Positions 1-10,042 of a stretch of DNA of 64,000 nt are shown one piece after another. Under the pieces are notes generated by a model that did not search any database, had not been told where the DNA came from, and saw nothing but the letters and a program-made list of their open reading frames with translations. The number at the start of each line of letters is the position of its first letter. Position 1 is the first letter of the stretch. This DNA is from Patescibacteria group bacterium (GTDB taxonomy: Bacteria > Patescibacteriota > Patescibacteriia > Magasanikbacterales > GWA2-37-8), in the NCBI GenBank assembly GCA_004321885.1, contig SCQK01000013.1:32001-96000 (forward strand), read 5' to 3'. Made by a program: the position numbers and the translations under genes.

Positions 1-834
1 GGGTCCATCGTAAAAATGCTGGTGGCCGCGGCCGCTTTGCAGGAAGGAATCATAAATTCAAAAACGACCGTGCTAAGCAAAGGCGGATTGCAGGTTGGTC
101 GATGGTTTTTTAAGGATTGGAACGCCGGCGGACACGGCATCACCAATGTTGCCAAAGCAATTGCCTGGTCCGTGAATACCTTTTTTTATTACATCGGCGG
201 CGGCTACGGAGACTTTTCCGGTCTGGGCGCCGACCTTTTAACCAAGTACCTGCGCGATTTTGGACTAGCCAAAAAAACAGCCGTTGATTTGCCGGGCGAG
301 GCCGACGGTTTTGTGCCAAGCAAAGAATGGAAACTAACGACCAAAGGCGAAAAATGGTTTGTGGGTGACACATATAATCTGTCCATCGGCCAGGGCGACT
401 TGTTGGTGACGCCGATTCAAGCAGCCGCCTGGACAGCGGCGGTGGCTAATGGGGGGTTTATCGTCACTCCTCATTTAGCCGCCAAAATTGAAAATACGCT
501 CAAAAAAAAATCCGTGGAAATTGAGTACGAGAAGCGGCGCGGACCGGTTTCAGCATCCAATATGGCCGTCGTCAGGGCCGGCATGCGCGAATGTGTGACA
601 TACGGCAGTTGTAAAATAATGCAGACATTACCGTTTGCCGCGGGCGGCAAAACCGGCACGGCCCAGTGGAGCAAATCAAGGGGCAATCACGCCTGGTTTA
701 CCTCTTTCGCCCCCTACGACTCTCCCAAAATCGTCGTCACCGTGCTAGTGGAGGAGGGCGGCCAGGGCAGTTCGGTTTCCCAGCCAGTGGCGCGCGATTT
801 TTTGGCCTGGTGGGGAAAAAAATACATCAGATAA
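1..834 (+). CDS. Penicillin-binding protein transpeptidase domain (PBP2/FtsI-like). C-terminal part only; the ORF runs off the 5' edge of the window.
   Basis: Open frame from position 1; SxN and KTGT(A) motifs; transpeptidase-like sequence (GDTYNLSIGQGDLLVTP, KTGTAQ). Confidence 0.8.
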   Translation, partial: GSIVKMLVAAAALQEGIINSKTTVLSKGGLQVGRWFFKDWNAGGHGITNVAKAIAWSVNTFFYYIGGGYGDFSGLGADLLTKYLRDFGLAKKTAVDLPGEADGFVPSKEWKLTTKGEKWFVGDTYNLSIGQGDLLVTPIQAAAWTAAVANGGFIVTPHLAAKIENTLKKKSVEIEYEKRRGPVSASNMAVVRAGMRECVTYGSCKIMQTLPFAAGGKTGTAQWSKSRGNHAWFTSFAPYDSPKIVVTVLVEEGGQGSSVSQPVARDFLAWWGKKYIR

Positions 835-856
835 GGGATGCCCTTTCCGTGCGGTT

Positions 857-885
857 GACTTTACTTTAATTCGTGCTATAATCTA
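857..885 (+). promoter_or_regulatory. Sigma70-like promoter upstream of greA (TTGACT-16nt-TATAAT).
   Basis: Sequence ggTTGACTttactttaattcgtgcTATAATc read directly. Confidence 0.4.
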
Positions 886-908
886 CTTCATTAAACAACA
901 AAATAACA

Positions 909-943
909 TTGTCATTCTCCCGATTAAGTCGGGGGAATCCAGC
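909..943. repeat. Family-1 palindromic repeat, copy A (TTGTCATTCtCCCGAtTAAGTCGGGGGAATCCAGC). Intergenic, upstream of greA.
   Basis: Near-identical copies at 35405-35438, 38028-38063 and 51310-51345. Hairpin ATTCCCCCGACT/AGTCGGGGGAAT. Confidence 0.85.
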
Positions 944-947
944 ATAT

Positions 948-1418
948 ATGACAGATGAAAAAGTTCACTATCTCACTCCGCAAGGATTGGACGCGCTGAA
1001 AAAAGAATACGACGAGCTGAAAAACATAAAAATTCCGGAAATCGCGAACCGGATAGACGAGGCCAAACAGCAGGGCGACCTATCGGAAAACGCCGAATAT
1101 CACCAGGCCAAAGAAGATATGGCCTGGGCCCAAGGCCGGCTGATGGAGGTGAGATACGTACTTGACCGCGCCCAAGTAATGGAGCCGGGCAGTAAAAAAA
1201 GCGAAGTGGTGAACGTGGGCAGTACCGTGAAGACAAAGGTGAATGGCAACGAGAGACAGTACACCATCGTGGGCCCCCAGGAGGCTGACCCGCTCGCAGG
1301 CAAAATTTCCAACGAGTCTCCGTTGGGCGCGGCGTTTTTGGGCGCCAAGGCCGGGGACAAGGTAGCTGTCAGAACTCCGGCCGGAGAGCAGATTTATAAA
1401 ATTATTGAAATTAATTAA
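948..1418 (+). CDS. greA: Transcription elongation factor GreA.
   Basis: The six-frame ORF 909..1418 includes an N-terminal extension that overlaps the repeat; the real start is probably MTDEKVHY at 948. GreA/GreB N- and C-domain sequence (DLSENAEYHQAKE, SPLGAAFLGAK). Confidence 0.85.
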   Translation: MTDEKVHYLTPQGLDALKKEYDELKNIKIPEIANRIDEAKQQGDLSENAEYHQAKEDMAWAQGRLMEVRYVLDRAQVMEPGSKKSEVVNVGSTVKTKVNGNERQYTIVGPQEADPLAGKISNESPLGAAFLGAKAGDKVAVRTPAGEQIYKIIEIN

Positions 1419-1421
1419 CCT

Positions 1422-2567
1422 ATGTCTAATTTTTTAATTTCGTCAGAATCCGTAACCGAGGGTCATCCGGATAAAATTTGCGACCAAATTTCAGACGCGA
1501 TTTTGGATTCGCTTCTTACCCAGGACGCGAAATCGCACGTGGCCGTAGAAAGTTTTGTTACGACCGGTTTGGCCATAGTGGGAGGAGAAGTAAGCACGCG
1601 CGGCTACATTGACGTGCAAAAAACCGTGCGCGAGGTGTTGTGCGACATCGGCTACAACGACGCGGCTTACGGCATTGATTACGAACACGCCGGGGTTTTA
1701 GTTTCCATTCATGAACAGTCACCCGATATCGCGCAAGGCGTCAACAAGACGACCGTGGAAGAGCAGGGGGCCGGGGATCAGGGCTTGATGTTTGGCTATG
1801 CCTGCGATGAGACGCCCGAGCTGATGCCCCTGCCGATTACGTTGGCGCATAAGCTGGCGCGCCGGTTGGCCGAGGTGCGCAAAGACGGCACTCTGCCGTA
1901 CTTGCGGCCGGACGGCAAAACCCAGGTGGCCGTGGAATACAGCGATAACGGACCGGTGCGCGTGCACAATGTGGTGGTGGCGGCGCAGCATCATGAAACA
2001 GTGGCCTTGGAACAATTACGCGAGGATATAAAAAAGCACGTGATAATGCCGGTGTGCGAAAAATACGTTGACGAGCGCACGGAATATCACATCAACATGA
2101 CCGGCCGGTTCGTAGTCGGCGGTCCGCAGGGCGATACCGGACTGACCGGCAGAAAAATTATCGTTGACACTTACGGAGGCATTGGCAGGCACGGCGGCGG
2201 CTGTTTTTCAGGCAAAGACCCCTCCAAAGTTGACCGTTCCGCCGCGTACATGGCGAGATATGTCGCCAAAAATATTGTGGCAGCCGGATTGGCAAAGAAA
2301 TGCGAACTGCAGGTGGCGTATGTCATCGGCCGCGCCGAGCCGACCAGTTTGCATGTGGATACTTTTGGCACCGGCAAGGTGAGCGATGAAAAATTAGAAG
2401 AAGCGGTGAAAAAAATATTTGATTTCCGGCCGGGAAAAATTATTGAACACTTGGATTTAATGCGGCCGATATACCGTGCCACGGCCGTCTATGGTCACTT
2501 TGGCAGGCCGGAATTTCCCTGGGAGAAGACGGACAAGGCGGAAGAATTACAGAACGCGGTTTGCTAA
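1422..2567 (+). CDS. metK: S-adenosylmethionine synthetase.
   Basis: [21 protein letters not shown] and [19 protein letters not shown] motifs. Confidence 0.95.
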   Translation: MSNFLISSESVTEGHPDKICDQISDAILDSLLTQDAKSHVAVESFVTTGLAIVGGEVSTRGYIDVQKTVREVLCDIGYNDAAYGIDYEHAGVLVSIHEQSPDIAQGVNKTTVEEQGAGDQGLMFGYACDETPELMPLPITLAHKLARRLAEVRKDGTLPYLRPDGKTQVAVEYSDNGPVRVHNVVVAAQHHETVALEQLREDIKKHVIMPVCEKYVDERTEYHINMTGRFVVGGPQGDTGLTGRKIIVDTYGGIGRHGGGCFSGKDPSKVDRSAAYMARYVAKNIVAAGLAKKCELQVAYVIGRAEPTSLHVDTFGTGKVSDEKLEEAVKKIFDFRPGKIIEHLDLMRPIYRATAVYGHFGRPEFPWEKTDKAEELQNAVC

Positions 2568-2580
2568 TGTTCAAAAAAAT

Positions 2581-2640
2581 AACTATACGAATTTCGTCTG
2601 ACTCACTTCGCATAGGCGCTAAATTTGTATAGTTATTTTA
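2581..2640 (+). terminator. Long inverted repeat downstream of metK (AATAACTATAC...GTATAGTTATT followed by a T-run).
   Basis: 11-bp arms read directly, then ttatttttg. Confidence 0.4.
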
Positions 2641-2644
2641 TTTT

Positions 2645-2673
2645 TGACCATTTTAGCAAATTGAGGTATAATA
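2645..2673 (+). promoter_or_regulatory. Sigma70-like promoter for lysS (TTGACC-17-TATAAT). It shares the GGTATAATATCTCT core with the xer promoter.
   Basis: ttTTGACCattttagcaaattgaggTATAATatctct. Confidence 0.5.
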
Positions 2674-2701
2674 TCTCTGCTTTTAAGCGTATTTTTGATA
2701 T

Positions 2702-4168
2702 ATGCTACAAAATATAAGCGAGGAAAAAATAAGATTGGAACGGCTGGAAAGTTTGCGCCAACAGGGGATTAACCCGTACCCGGCCAGAGTAGAGCGCGAG
2801 CAGACAACTAAAGAAGCCAAAGCAGAGAAAGAAGGGGCCAAAACATCCATTGCCGGCCGCCTTGTTTCCAAAAGGGAAATGGGCAAACTTTGTTTCTCGC
2901 ACATTAAAGACGAGAGCGGTTCTGTTCAAGTCGCTTTTTCGGAAAAAGAATTGGGCAAAGAAAAATACAAATTTTTCACCAAGAATTTTGACCTAGGCGA
3001 TTTTGTGGCTATCTCCGGAGAAATGTTTGTCACGCATAAGGGCGAGATAACGGTTTTGGTAAAAGATTTTCAGCTTATCAGCAAGGCGCTTCTGCCTTTG
3101 CCAGAAAAATTTCACGGCTTGTCAGACGTGGAGATCCGTTACCGCAAAAGATACCTGGATTTGTTGGCCAATGAGGAGGCGATGAAAATCGCCAAGACGC
3201 GGTCGCTTTTGGTGCGCGAGATACGCCGGTATTTTGACGACAAAGGGTTTTTTGAAGTGGAGACGCCGGAACTGCAGTCGCTCTACGGCGGCGCCTTGGC
3301 CAAACCGTTTGTCACGCATCACAACGCCCTGAACATGGATTTGTATCTGCGCATCGCGCCTGAATTGTATTTGAAACGCCTCATCGTGGGCGGATTTGAA
3401 AAGGTTTACGAAATCGCGCGCTGTTTTCGCAATGAGGGCATTGACCACAACCACAATCCGGAATTTACCCAGATAGAATTTTATTGGGCTTACGCGGATT
3501 ACAACAAATTGATGGATTTGATGGAGGATTTATTGCCGACGCTGATTAAAAAAATCGGCCTGCCTTTGCGGTTTACCGCCGAGGGGCAAGAAGTGGATTT
3601 TACACCGCCGTACCCGCGCGTCACCATGAGGGACTTGATAAAAAAACACGCCAAGATAGATATAGAGGATTTTCCGGACCAGAAATCGCTTTACAAAAAA
3701 GCGGTCGCGCTGAAGGTGGAGGGGATTGATAAAAACACCGGCCGGGGAAAATTGATAGACGAGATTTATAAAACTTTCGCCAGGCCGAAGATCACCGATC
3801 CGATTTTTGTGATTGACCATCCGGTGGAGCTGTCGCCTCTGGCCAAGGCCAAAGAAGACGACCCGCGCTACGTGGAACGCATGCAGCTGTTGTGCGTGGG
3901 CGGAAACGAGCTCTGTAACGCTTTTTCCGAGCTGAACGACCCGCTGGATCAGGAAGCGCGGTTTAAGGAGCAGGAGCGTTTGCAGAAAGAGGGCGACGAA
4001 GAGAGTATGCCCTATGACGCGGATTTTGTGGAAGCGCTAAGGCACGGCATGCCGCCGACCGCCGGGTTGGGCATGGGTATTGACCGGCTGGTGAAGCTTT
4101 TAGTCAATGCTGGCAATTTGAAGGAGGTAATTCTGTTCCCAACCCTCAAACCAGAGCAGAAATTATGA
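2702..4168 (+). CDS. lysS: Lysyl-tRNA synthetase, class II.
   Basis: FRNEGIDHNHNPEFTQIEFY and GMGIDRL motifs; 488 aa. Confidence 0.95.
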   Translation: MLQNISEEKIRLERLESLRQQGINPYPARVEREQTTKEAKAEKEGAKTSIAGRLVSKREMGKLCFSHIKDESGSVQVAFSEKELGKEKYKFFTKNFDLGDFVAISGEMFVTHKGEITVLVKDFQLISKALLPLPEKFHGLSDVEIRYRKRYLDLLANEEAMKIAKTRSLLVREIRRYFDDKGFFEVETPELQSLYGGALAKPFVTHHNALNMDLYLRIAPELYLKRLIVGGFEKVYEIARCFRNEGIDHNHNPEFTQIEFYWAYADYNKLMDLMEDLLPTLIKKIGLPLRFTAEGQEVDFTPPYPRVTMRDLIKKHAKIDIEDFPDQKSLYKKAVALKVEGIDKNTGRGKLIDEIYKTFARPKITDPIFVIDHPVELSPLAKAKEDDPRYVERMQLLCVGGNELCNAFSELNDPLDQEARFKEQERLQKEGDEESMPYDADFVEALRHGMPPTAGLGMGIDRLVKLLVNAGNLKEVILFPTLKPEQKL

Positions 4169-4575
4169 AAAAAGTGATGGTGTTTGGAACTTTTGATATT
4201 TTACACCGGGGACATGAGTATGTGCTAAAGCAGGCGAAGAAATATGGGGATTATTTGGTGGCCGTGGCGGCGCGAGACACCAATGTGCGCAAAATTAAGG
4301 GTCGCGCGCCGTTAAACAACGAAAAAACCCGCGTCCGTAATTTGAAAAAACTCGGTTTGGCCGACAAGGCGCGCTTGGGGTATGTGCGCGATCCATATAA
4401 AGTGATAACTGAAGAAAAACCAAATGTAATCGCGCTGGGATACGACCAAAAAGAGTTTGTTGAGGGTTTGAAGAGGTTTAAAAATGTAAAAATAGTGCGG
4501 TTAAAAGCATTTAAGCCGAACATTTACAAAAGTTCAAAGATGCGAAATGAAAAAAATTCTTATTGCGACAAGTAA
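4165..4575 (+). CDS. Small HxGH nucleotidyltransferase (cytidylyltransferase-like, TagD/RibL family).
   Basis: FGTFDILHRGHEYVLKQAKKYGDYLVAV resembles glycerol-3-phosphate cytidylyltransferase / FAD synthase-like enzymes. Confidence 0.6.
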   Translation: MKKVMVFGTFDILHRGHEYVLKQAKKYGDYLVAVAARDTNVRKIKGRAPLNNEKTRVRNLKKLGLADKARLGYVRDPYKVITEEKPNVIALGYDQKEFVEGLKRFKNVKIVRLKAFKPNIYKSSKMRNEKNSYCDK

Positions 4576-5581
4576 TCAAGGAAAATTTGAGGAAATGACG
4601 GCAGAATTCGCCGACCTGCCTTTTAAGTTTGTTTCTCTGCGTGATTTAAGATTGAACAAGCTTGAACCAACCGAAACAGCCAATACTACTTGGGAAAACG
4701 CGGTCAGTAAAGCGCGATTTTTTGCCAAAAAAAGCGGATTACTAACGATAGCTGAAGACACGGGATTTTTTGTGGATTATTTAAACGGCCGGCCGGGTGT
4801 GCACGCGCGCCGCTGGGCCACCACGCCACAGGAGCGCAACCGCAAAATAATTGATGGGTTAAAGGACGCGTCCAAAGGCAAACGCGGAGCGTACTTTGAA
4901 ACATCGGCCTGCGTCTACAATCCGGGAAACAATTCGTTTAGTGTGTTCAAGGGTCAGGCGAGGGGAGTGATAACGCGAAAATTGACCGGCGCTTCTCGGG
5001 GCGGTTTGCAGTATGATTCCATTTTTTATTATCCCCCGCTCAAAAAAACATTCGCCGAACTCCCGCTTTTGGAAAAAAACAAAGTCAGCCATCGGGGCAA
5101 AACGGTTAATCAAATAAAATATTTTCTCACTAAACAATTTGACACGCGGCAGTTTTCCGTGCCGGTCGCGCTTATAGTCAAAGACCACAGAATGCTGGTG
5201 CTCAAGAGGCGCGATTATCGTGAAGAGTTTAACGGCAAATGGGAATTCCCCGGCGGCGCCGTGGAGTATGGAGAAAGCATAGCCGATTGCTTGAAAAGAG
5301 AGACGCGTGAAGAATCGGGGTTTTCCGTGAAAATATTGGAACAATTGCCGGAAGTTATGACAACGGTCAGAAAACCGAAAGACGGCGGCTATCAAGTTCA
5401 TCTAGTCATCTTTATTTGCCGCGTGAAATCCGGTTCCCTGAAACTGGCTGACAACGAACATTACCAAAGCGGCTGGTTTAGTTATCGCGAGGCGTTAAAA
5501 AAGAAAATTATTCCCTTGAACAAAAAAAGTTTTCAAGCTCCCGCCAATAAAAAAGTACTATTAAAATACATTGATTTATAA
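4547..5581 (+). CDS. Fusion of non-canonical purine NTP pyrophosphatase (RdgB/HAM1) with a Nudix hydrolase.
   Basis: N-terminus: IATSNQGKFEEM...TIAEDTGFFVDYLNGRPGVHARRWA (HAM1). C-terminus: Nudix box GGAVEYGESIADCLKRETREESG. Confidence 0.75.
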   Translation: MKKILIATSNQGKFEEMTAEFADLPFKFVSLRDLRLNKLEPTETANTTWENAVSKARFFAKKSGLLTIAEDTGFFVDYLNGRPGVHARRWATTPQERNRKIIDGLKDASKGKRGAYFETSACVYNPGNNSFSVFKGQARGVITRKLTGASRGGLQYDSIFYYPPLKKTFAELPLLEKNKVSHRGKTVNQIKYFLTKQFDTRQFSVPVALIVKDHRMLVLKRRDYREEFNGKWEFPGGAVEYGESIADCLKRETREESGFSVKILEQLPEVMTTVRKPKDGGYQVHLVIFICRVKSGSLKLADNEHYQSGWFSYREALKKKIIPLNKKSFQAPANKKVLLKYIDL

Positions 5582-5590
5582 TGAACACAT

Positions 5591-6874
5591 ATGTTGGACA
5601 TAAAATACATCCGGGAAAACGCAGAAGCCGTGAAAGAAAATTGCGCCAATAGGGGAGTGGCGGCTGACATTGACGCATTGTTAAGATTAGACGAGCAGAG
5701 GCGGCAAACCCTGCAACAAGTGGAGCAGATGCGGGCCCAACGCAAACAGAAATCAAAAAGTAAACCCTCGGACGAGGAAATCGCCAAAATGCGTGAAGCA
5801 GGGGAGGAAATAAAGGAGGTGGAAGCGGAGTTGGCAGCCATTATGGCTAAACTTGAAGAAATTGCCTACAAAGTTCCAAACATGGTTTATCCGGGCACGC
5901 CCATAGGCAAAGATGAAACCGAGAATAAAGTAGTTAGAAAATTCGCCAATCTGCCCAAGTTTAATTTTCAACCAAAAGAACATTGGGAATTGGGTGAAAA
6001 ATTGGGGATAATTGACACAATTACGGCCACAAAAGTATCTGGCTCAAGATTCGCGTACTTAAAAGGCGCGTTGGTGAAGCTGGAATTTGCTTTAGTCCAG
6101 TATGCACTGGACGTATTGACCGATGAAAAAATTCTTAAAAAAATAATAAAATACAATAAGCTCAAAGTGTCGTCCAAGCCATTTTTGCCGGTAGTACCAC
6201 CTATGTTAATCAAACCAGACGTAATGCATAAAATGGCTCGCCTGGAACCACGCGAAGAACGTTATCATATCTCCGGCGACGACCTTTATCTGGTGGGTAG
6301 CGCCGAACATACCTTGGGCCCGATGCACATGGATACTATTTTAAAAGAGGAAGACCTGCCCATAAGATACGTCGGCTTTTCCACTGCTTTTCGCCGCGAG
6401 GCCGGCTCTTACGGCAAGGACATGAAGGGCATTTTGCGCGTGCACCAATTTGATAAAGTGGAAATGGAATCATTTACTGCGCCGGAGCAAGGCGTGGCCG
6501 AACAGGATTTCATTGTCGCCATTCAAGAATATCTGATGCAATCACTTGGCATTCCTTATCAGGTGGTGCAAAAATGCACAGGCGACATGGGAGCGCCGGA
6601 TTATAGAGAGTTTGATATAGAGGCATGGTTGCCCGGACAAAATAGGTATCGCGAAACACATACGGCTGATTACATGGCCGACTATCAATCGCGAAGATTA
6701 AACACAAAAGTGAAATTAGATGACGGCACAATCCATTTTGCTCATATGAATGACGCGACGGCTTTTGCCATTTCCCGCACGCCCATTGCCATAATGGAAA
6801 ATTTTCAGCAAGCAGACGGCAGTATTCTGGTGCCGAAAGCGCTACAGAAATATACGGGATTTAAAAAAATTTAA
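5591..6874 (+). CDS. serS: Seryl-tRNA synthetase.
   Basis: N-terminal coiled-coil arm plus class II core (FRREAGSYGKDMKGILRVHQF). Confidence 0.95.
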   Translation: MLDIKYIRENAEAVKENCANRGVAADIDALLRLDEQRRQTLQQVEQMRAQRKQKSKSKPSDEEIAKMREAGEEIKEVEAELAAIMAKLEEIAYKVPNMVYPGTPIGKDETENKVVRKFANLPKFNFQPKEHWELGEKLGIIDTITATKVSGSRFAYLKGALVKLEFALVQYALDVLTDEKILKKIIKYNKLKVSSKPFLPVVPPMLIKPDVMHKMARLEPREERYHISGDDLYLVGSAEHTLGPMHMDTILKEEDLPIRYVGFSTAFRREAGSYGKDMKGILRVHQFDKVEMESFTAPEQGVAEQDFIVAIQEYLMQSLGIPYQVVQKCTGDMGAPDYREFDIEAWLPGQNRYRETHTADYMADYQSRRLNTKVKLDDGTIHFAHMNDATAFAISRTPIAIMENFQQADGSILVPKALQKYTGFKKI

Positions 6875-6933
6875 TACCCCTCCTATCCTCCACCTTAATT
6901 AAGGGGGGGTAAGGTAGGGGGGTAAATATTATT

Positions 6934-8049
6934 ATGTTTTCGTGGATGGAAATAAACTCCAAAGCCATAGAGCATAACCTGAAAGAATTTCGCCGCGTAA
7001 TTGGCCCCAAAATTTTACTCATGCCTGTCGTAAAATCAAACGCTTATGGGCATGGACTTTTGGAAGTGGCGAGGATTTGCGACAAAAGTAAAGAAACGGA
7101 CCGGCTTTGCGTGGTCAATTCGGATGAAGCCATGGAACTGGTAAAAAATAAAATAAAAAAACCGATAATGATACTGAGTTTCTATGATTTTGATGAAAAA
7201 AGTCTGCTAACCTTAGCCAAAAAAGACGTTATTTTCCCGCTTTTTTCACTGAAACAAGCTAAAATCCTGAACAAAGCAGGGGAGAGGGCGCGTAAAAAAA
7301 TCAAAGTCCACCTTAAAATTGACACCGGCGCCGCGCGCCTGGGAATCTTGCCGCAAAACGCGGTTTCTTTCTGTGAGCAAATTCGTAAATTTAAAAATCT
7401 GAAATTGGAAGGATTGTGGAGCCACTTCGCCTCCAGCGAGGAAGACGGGGAGTACACAGAAAAACAAATTGCCAAATTCAACGAAACAACGCTCGCGCTC
7501 AAAAAAGCGGGGATTGATCCGCCGCTTAAACACATGGCTTGTTCGGCCTCGTCTGTTTTATACGAAAAAGCCAACCTAAACGGCGTCAGGCTTGGTCTGG
7601 GCATGTATGGTTTGTATTCGGCCAACAGCGACATGAAACTTAAAGTCAAACTGCGGCCGGCCCTGGCCTGGCGGGCGCGCGTCATTCAAATTAAAAACAT
7701 ACCGGCCGGCTCCAAAATCGGCTACGGAGGCACAGCCACCGCCGGCCGCCCCACAAAATTAGCCGTCATACCGGTCGGATACTTTGACGGCTACGACCGC
7801 GGGCTGTCCAATAAAGCGTTTGCGCTTGTAAAAGGCGAAAAATGCCCTGTGCTGGGCCGCATCTGCATGAACCTGTTTATGATAGACGTCACTTCTATTC
7901 AAAACGTAAGGGAAGGTGACGCGGCCACGCTTATCGGCCGGGAAGGCGCGAATGAAATATCGGCCGAAAATTTGGCGGACTGGGCCCAAACGATAAATTA
8001 CGAGATTGTTTCCAGGCTCAACCCGCAATTACCGAGAATTTTCAGATGA
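6934..8049 (+). CDS. alr: Alanine racemase.
   Basis: PVVKSNAYGHG PLP-binding motif; 371 aa. Confidence 0.9.
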   Translation: MFSWMEINSKAIEHNLKEFRRVIGPKILLMPVVKSNAYGHGLLEVARICDKSKETDRLCVVNSDEAMELVKNKIKKPIMILSFYDFDEKSLLTLAKKDVIFPLFSLKQAKILNKAGERARKKIKVHLKIDTGAARLGILPQNAVSFCEQIRKFKNLKLEGLWSHFASSEEDGEYTEKQIAKFNETTLALKKAGIDPPLKHMACSASSVLYEKANLNGVRLGLGMYGLYSANSDMKLKVKLRPALAWRARVIQIKNIPAGSKIGYGGTATAGRPTKLAVIPVGYFDGYDRGLSNKAFALVKGEKCPVLGRICMNLFMIDVTSIQNVREGDAATLIGREGANEISAENLADWAQTINYEIVSRLNPQLPRIFR

Positions 8050-8939
8050 AAAAATTTTATCGCTCACAAACCAATTTCAAACAATACAAACCGTACATTA
8101 GTAGACGGAGGCGGACGGTTAATCATGGCGTAAAAAAAATATTTATCATCGCGGTAGTCGCGCTGGCGACCGCCGGATGGCTCTGGCTCTTGTTGCGCCC
8201 ACCTTATTTTCAGATTCAAACCGTTTCCATAGAGGGTTTGGAAATAATTGACAGCGAGGAAATTCATTTACTCGTCAGGAATGAATACTTGAGTAAAAAA
8301 AGCTGGCTGGGTCTGCTCGCCAATGATAATTATTTTTCCGCCAGCGCCGCAAAAATAGAAAGGTTGATTGCGGATAAATACCCGCTCAATTTTCTTTCGG
8401 TTAAAAAATTATTTCCGAGAAGCATTTCCATATCACTAAAAGAAAAAATTTCCACCGTCATTTTAGACAACGGCAAAGATTATCTCCTGCTTGACGCAGA
8501 CGGCGGGTTGCTCAAAAGCCTCGGCGCGGCCGCTGTTTCAAATTCTACGCCGGTCGCGACCACGAGCGCGAGTACGACTATTTCCGCGCGCGCGCCGGAT
8601 TACTCCAAATTCAAAATTTTATATCCAAAATTTCCGCTGCTACTGTATGAAATGGAAGGACAAATTTCAGCTGACGGAAAAAATTTTCTATCAAGCAAAA
8701 TAATCAGTTCAGTTCTTGAACTTTCCCAAAGGCTAACCGCGGAAGCGGTGGAGACCAGGTATTTTGAGATGAACAGCCCGACGCACATCACAGCGCACGC
8801 GGCTAGACCAAAACAAATTATATTTGCTCTTAACGCTGACTTGGAACCACAAATGGAAAAACTGCGCATAATCATGCGCGCGAAAAAACCAAAAGAATAC
8901 GTTGACCTGCGCTACGGGGAAAGGGTGTTTTGGAAGTGA
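8046..8939 (+). CDS. ftsQ: Cell division protein FtsQ/DivIB-like (TM helix plus POTRA).
   Basis: N-terminal basic region, one TM helix (IFIIAVVALATAGWLWLLL), POTRA-like FQIQTVSIEGLEIIDSEEI. Sits among cell-wall genes. Confidence 0.6.
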   Translation: MKKFYRSQTNFKQYKPYISRRRRTVNHGVKKIFIIAVVALATAGWLWLLLRPPYFQIQTVSIEGLEIIDSEEIHLLVRNEYLSKKSWLGLLANDNYFSASAAKIERLIADKYPLNFLSVKKLFPRSISISLKEKISTVILDNGKDYLLLDADGGLLKSLGAAAVSNSTPVATTSASTTISARAPDYSKFKILYPKFPLLLYEMEGQISADGKNFLSSKIISSVLELSQRLTAEAVETRYFEMNSPTHITAHAARPKQIIFALNADLEPQMEKLRIIMRAKKPKEYVDLRYGERVFWK

Positions 8940-8971
8940 GGGGAATAGAGGAGGGGGTGTGGACAAGTGCG

Positions 8972-9000
8972 TTTGACCATATTTATAAAGAGTTATATAA
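8972..9000 (+). promoter_or_regulatory. Sigma70-like promoter for the xer gene (TTGACC-17-TATAAT), followed by the hairpin AATTGAGT...ACTCAATT.
   Basis: gtTTGACCatatttataaagagttaTATAATtgagtataatatctcttacactcaatt. Confidence 0.45.
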
Positions 9001-9088
9001 TTGAGTATAATATCTCTTACACTCAATTCCGTCGCAGTAAAACTGCTCCGGAAGTGTAAGAGTCGGTTAAGTTAGTATTCTATTACGT

Positions 9089-10042
9089 ATGTCTATAAAT
9101 GCACTTCCCTACCTGGATGATTTTATTTTGAACTTGAAAGCAAATAATTTTTCGGAAGAAACCGCGTATAATTACGAACGCGACCTCAATACTTTTGAGA
9201 TTTTTTTGAGTGAAGACCTAAAAAAAACATTTAACAAAGTAGATAAAACTGACCTGCTGAGATTTAAGGCCTATTTGATGTCTTCTGACCGTAAAACGGC
9301 TAAAACCGTCAAAACAAGCAAAAAATTAAGCAGTTATTCTATAAATCGCATACTATCTTCGTTGAGGTCGTATCTGAAATTTTTAGAAGATATGGACCAC
9401 AACCCTCCCGTCTCCCCTGCCGCGGTAAAATTAATCAAGAACATAAAAAAACACGCGCAGGTGCCGGAATTTGAAGAAATCATAAAAGTGATTGAGGCGC
9501 CGATGAAATACGAAGAAGACGAACGAATAGCTCTACGAAATCGGGCGATATTAGAGACACTGTTCGCTACAGGCATGCGTATTTCGGAACTTTTGTCGTT
9601 AAAAGTCGTTCAAATTGACCAAACCGGACGCATCTATATACTGGGAAAAGGCAAAAAACAACGTTTTGTCTACCTGACACCCAGAGCGCTCGCGCACCTA
9701 AAAAATTACCTGGCGAAACGAAACAGTACTTCTGAAATGCTATTTGTCCCCTACCGCGGCAGAAATAACAAAGAAAAAAATAAAAAAATATCGCCTAATT
9801 ATCTTCAATTTAAGATTAAGCGATACAGAGAGTTGCTTGATATCAATATTCCCATCAGCGCGCACACCTTGCGACACGGGTTTGCCACCTATCTGGCTGA
9901 AAACGGGGCAAACCCGGCCGCCATCCAGATATTGCTTGGCCACGAGTCGCTGGATACGACCACTCGCTATGTTCACGCTTCAGACAAATTCGCGGAGAAA
10001 ACTCACCACGATTTTCACCCTCTCTTTAAGGACAAAAACTAA
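9089..10042 (+). CDS. Tyrosine site-specific recombinase, XerC/XerD family.
   Basis: C-terminal catalytic motifs HTLRHGFATYLAENG...LLGHESLDTTTRYVH. Confidence 0.8.
   Translation: MSINALPYLDDFILNLKANNFSEETAYNYERDLNTFEIFLSEDLKKTFNKVDKTDLLRFKAYLMSSDRKTAKTVKTSKKLSSYSINRILSSLRSYLKFLEDMDHNPPVSPAAVKLIKNIKKHAQVPEFEEIIKVIEAPMKYEEDERIALRNRAILETLFATGMRISELLSLKVVQIDQTGRIYILGKGKKQRFVYLTPRALAHLKNYLAKRNSTSEMLFVPYRGRNNKEKNKKISPNYLQFKIKRYRELLDINIPISAHTLRHGFATYLAENGANPAAIQILLGHESLDTTTRYVHASDKFAEKTHHDFHPLFKDKN

Noticed and set aside
2568-2701. Possible T-box or riboswitch leader for lysS, or a SAM riboswitch for metK.
   Set aside because: The predicted promoter leaves only about 28 nt of 5'UTR before the lysS ATG. 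metK follows greA with a 3-bp gap and no leader, so there is no room for either RNA element. The long inverted repeat fits better as the metK terminator.
6876-6930. CCCCTCCTATCCTCCACCTTAATTAAGGGGGGGTAAGGTAGGGGGG after serS, as another palindromic mobile element.
   Set aside because: The inverted repeat is imperfect and it is a single copy. Its position right after a stop codon fits an ordinary intrinsic terminator; it could be a diverged family-2 relative but the evidence is weak.
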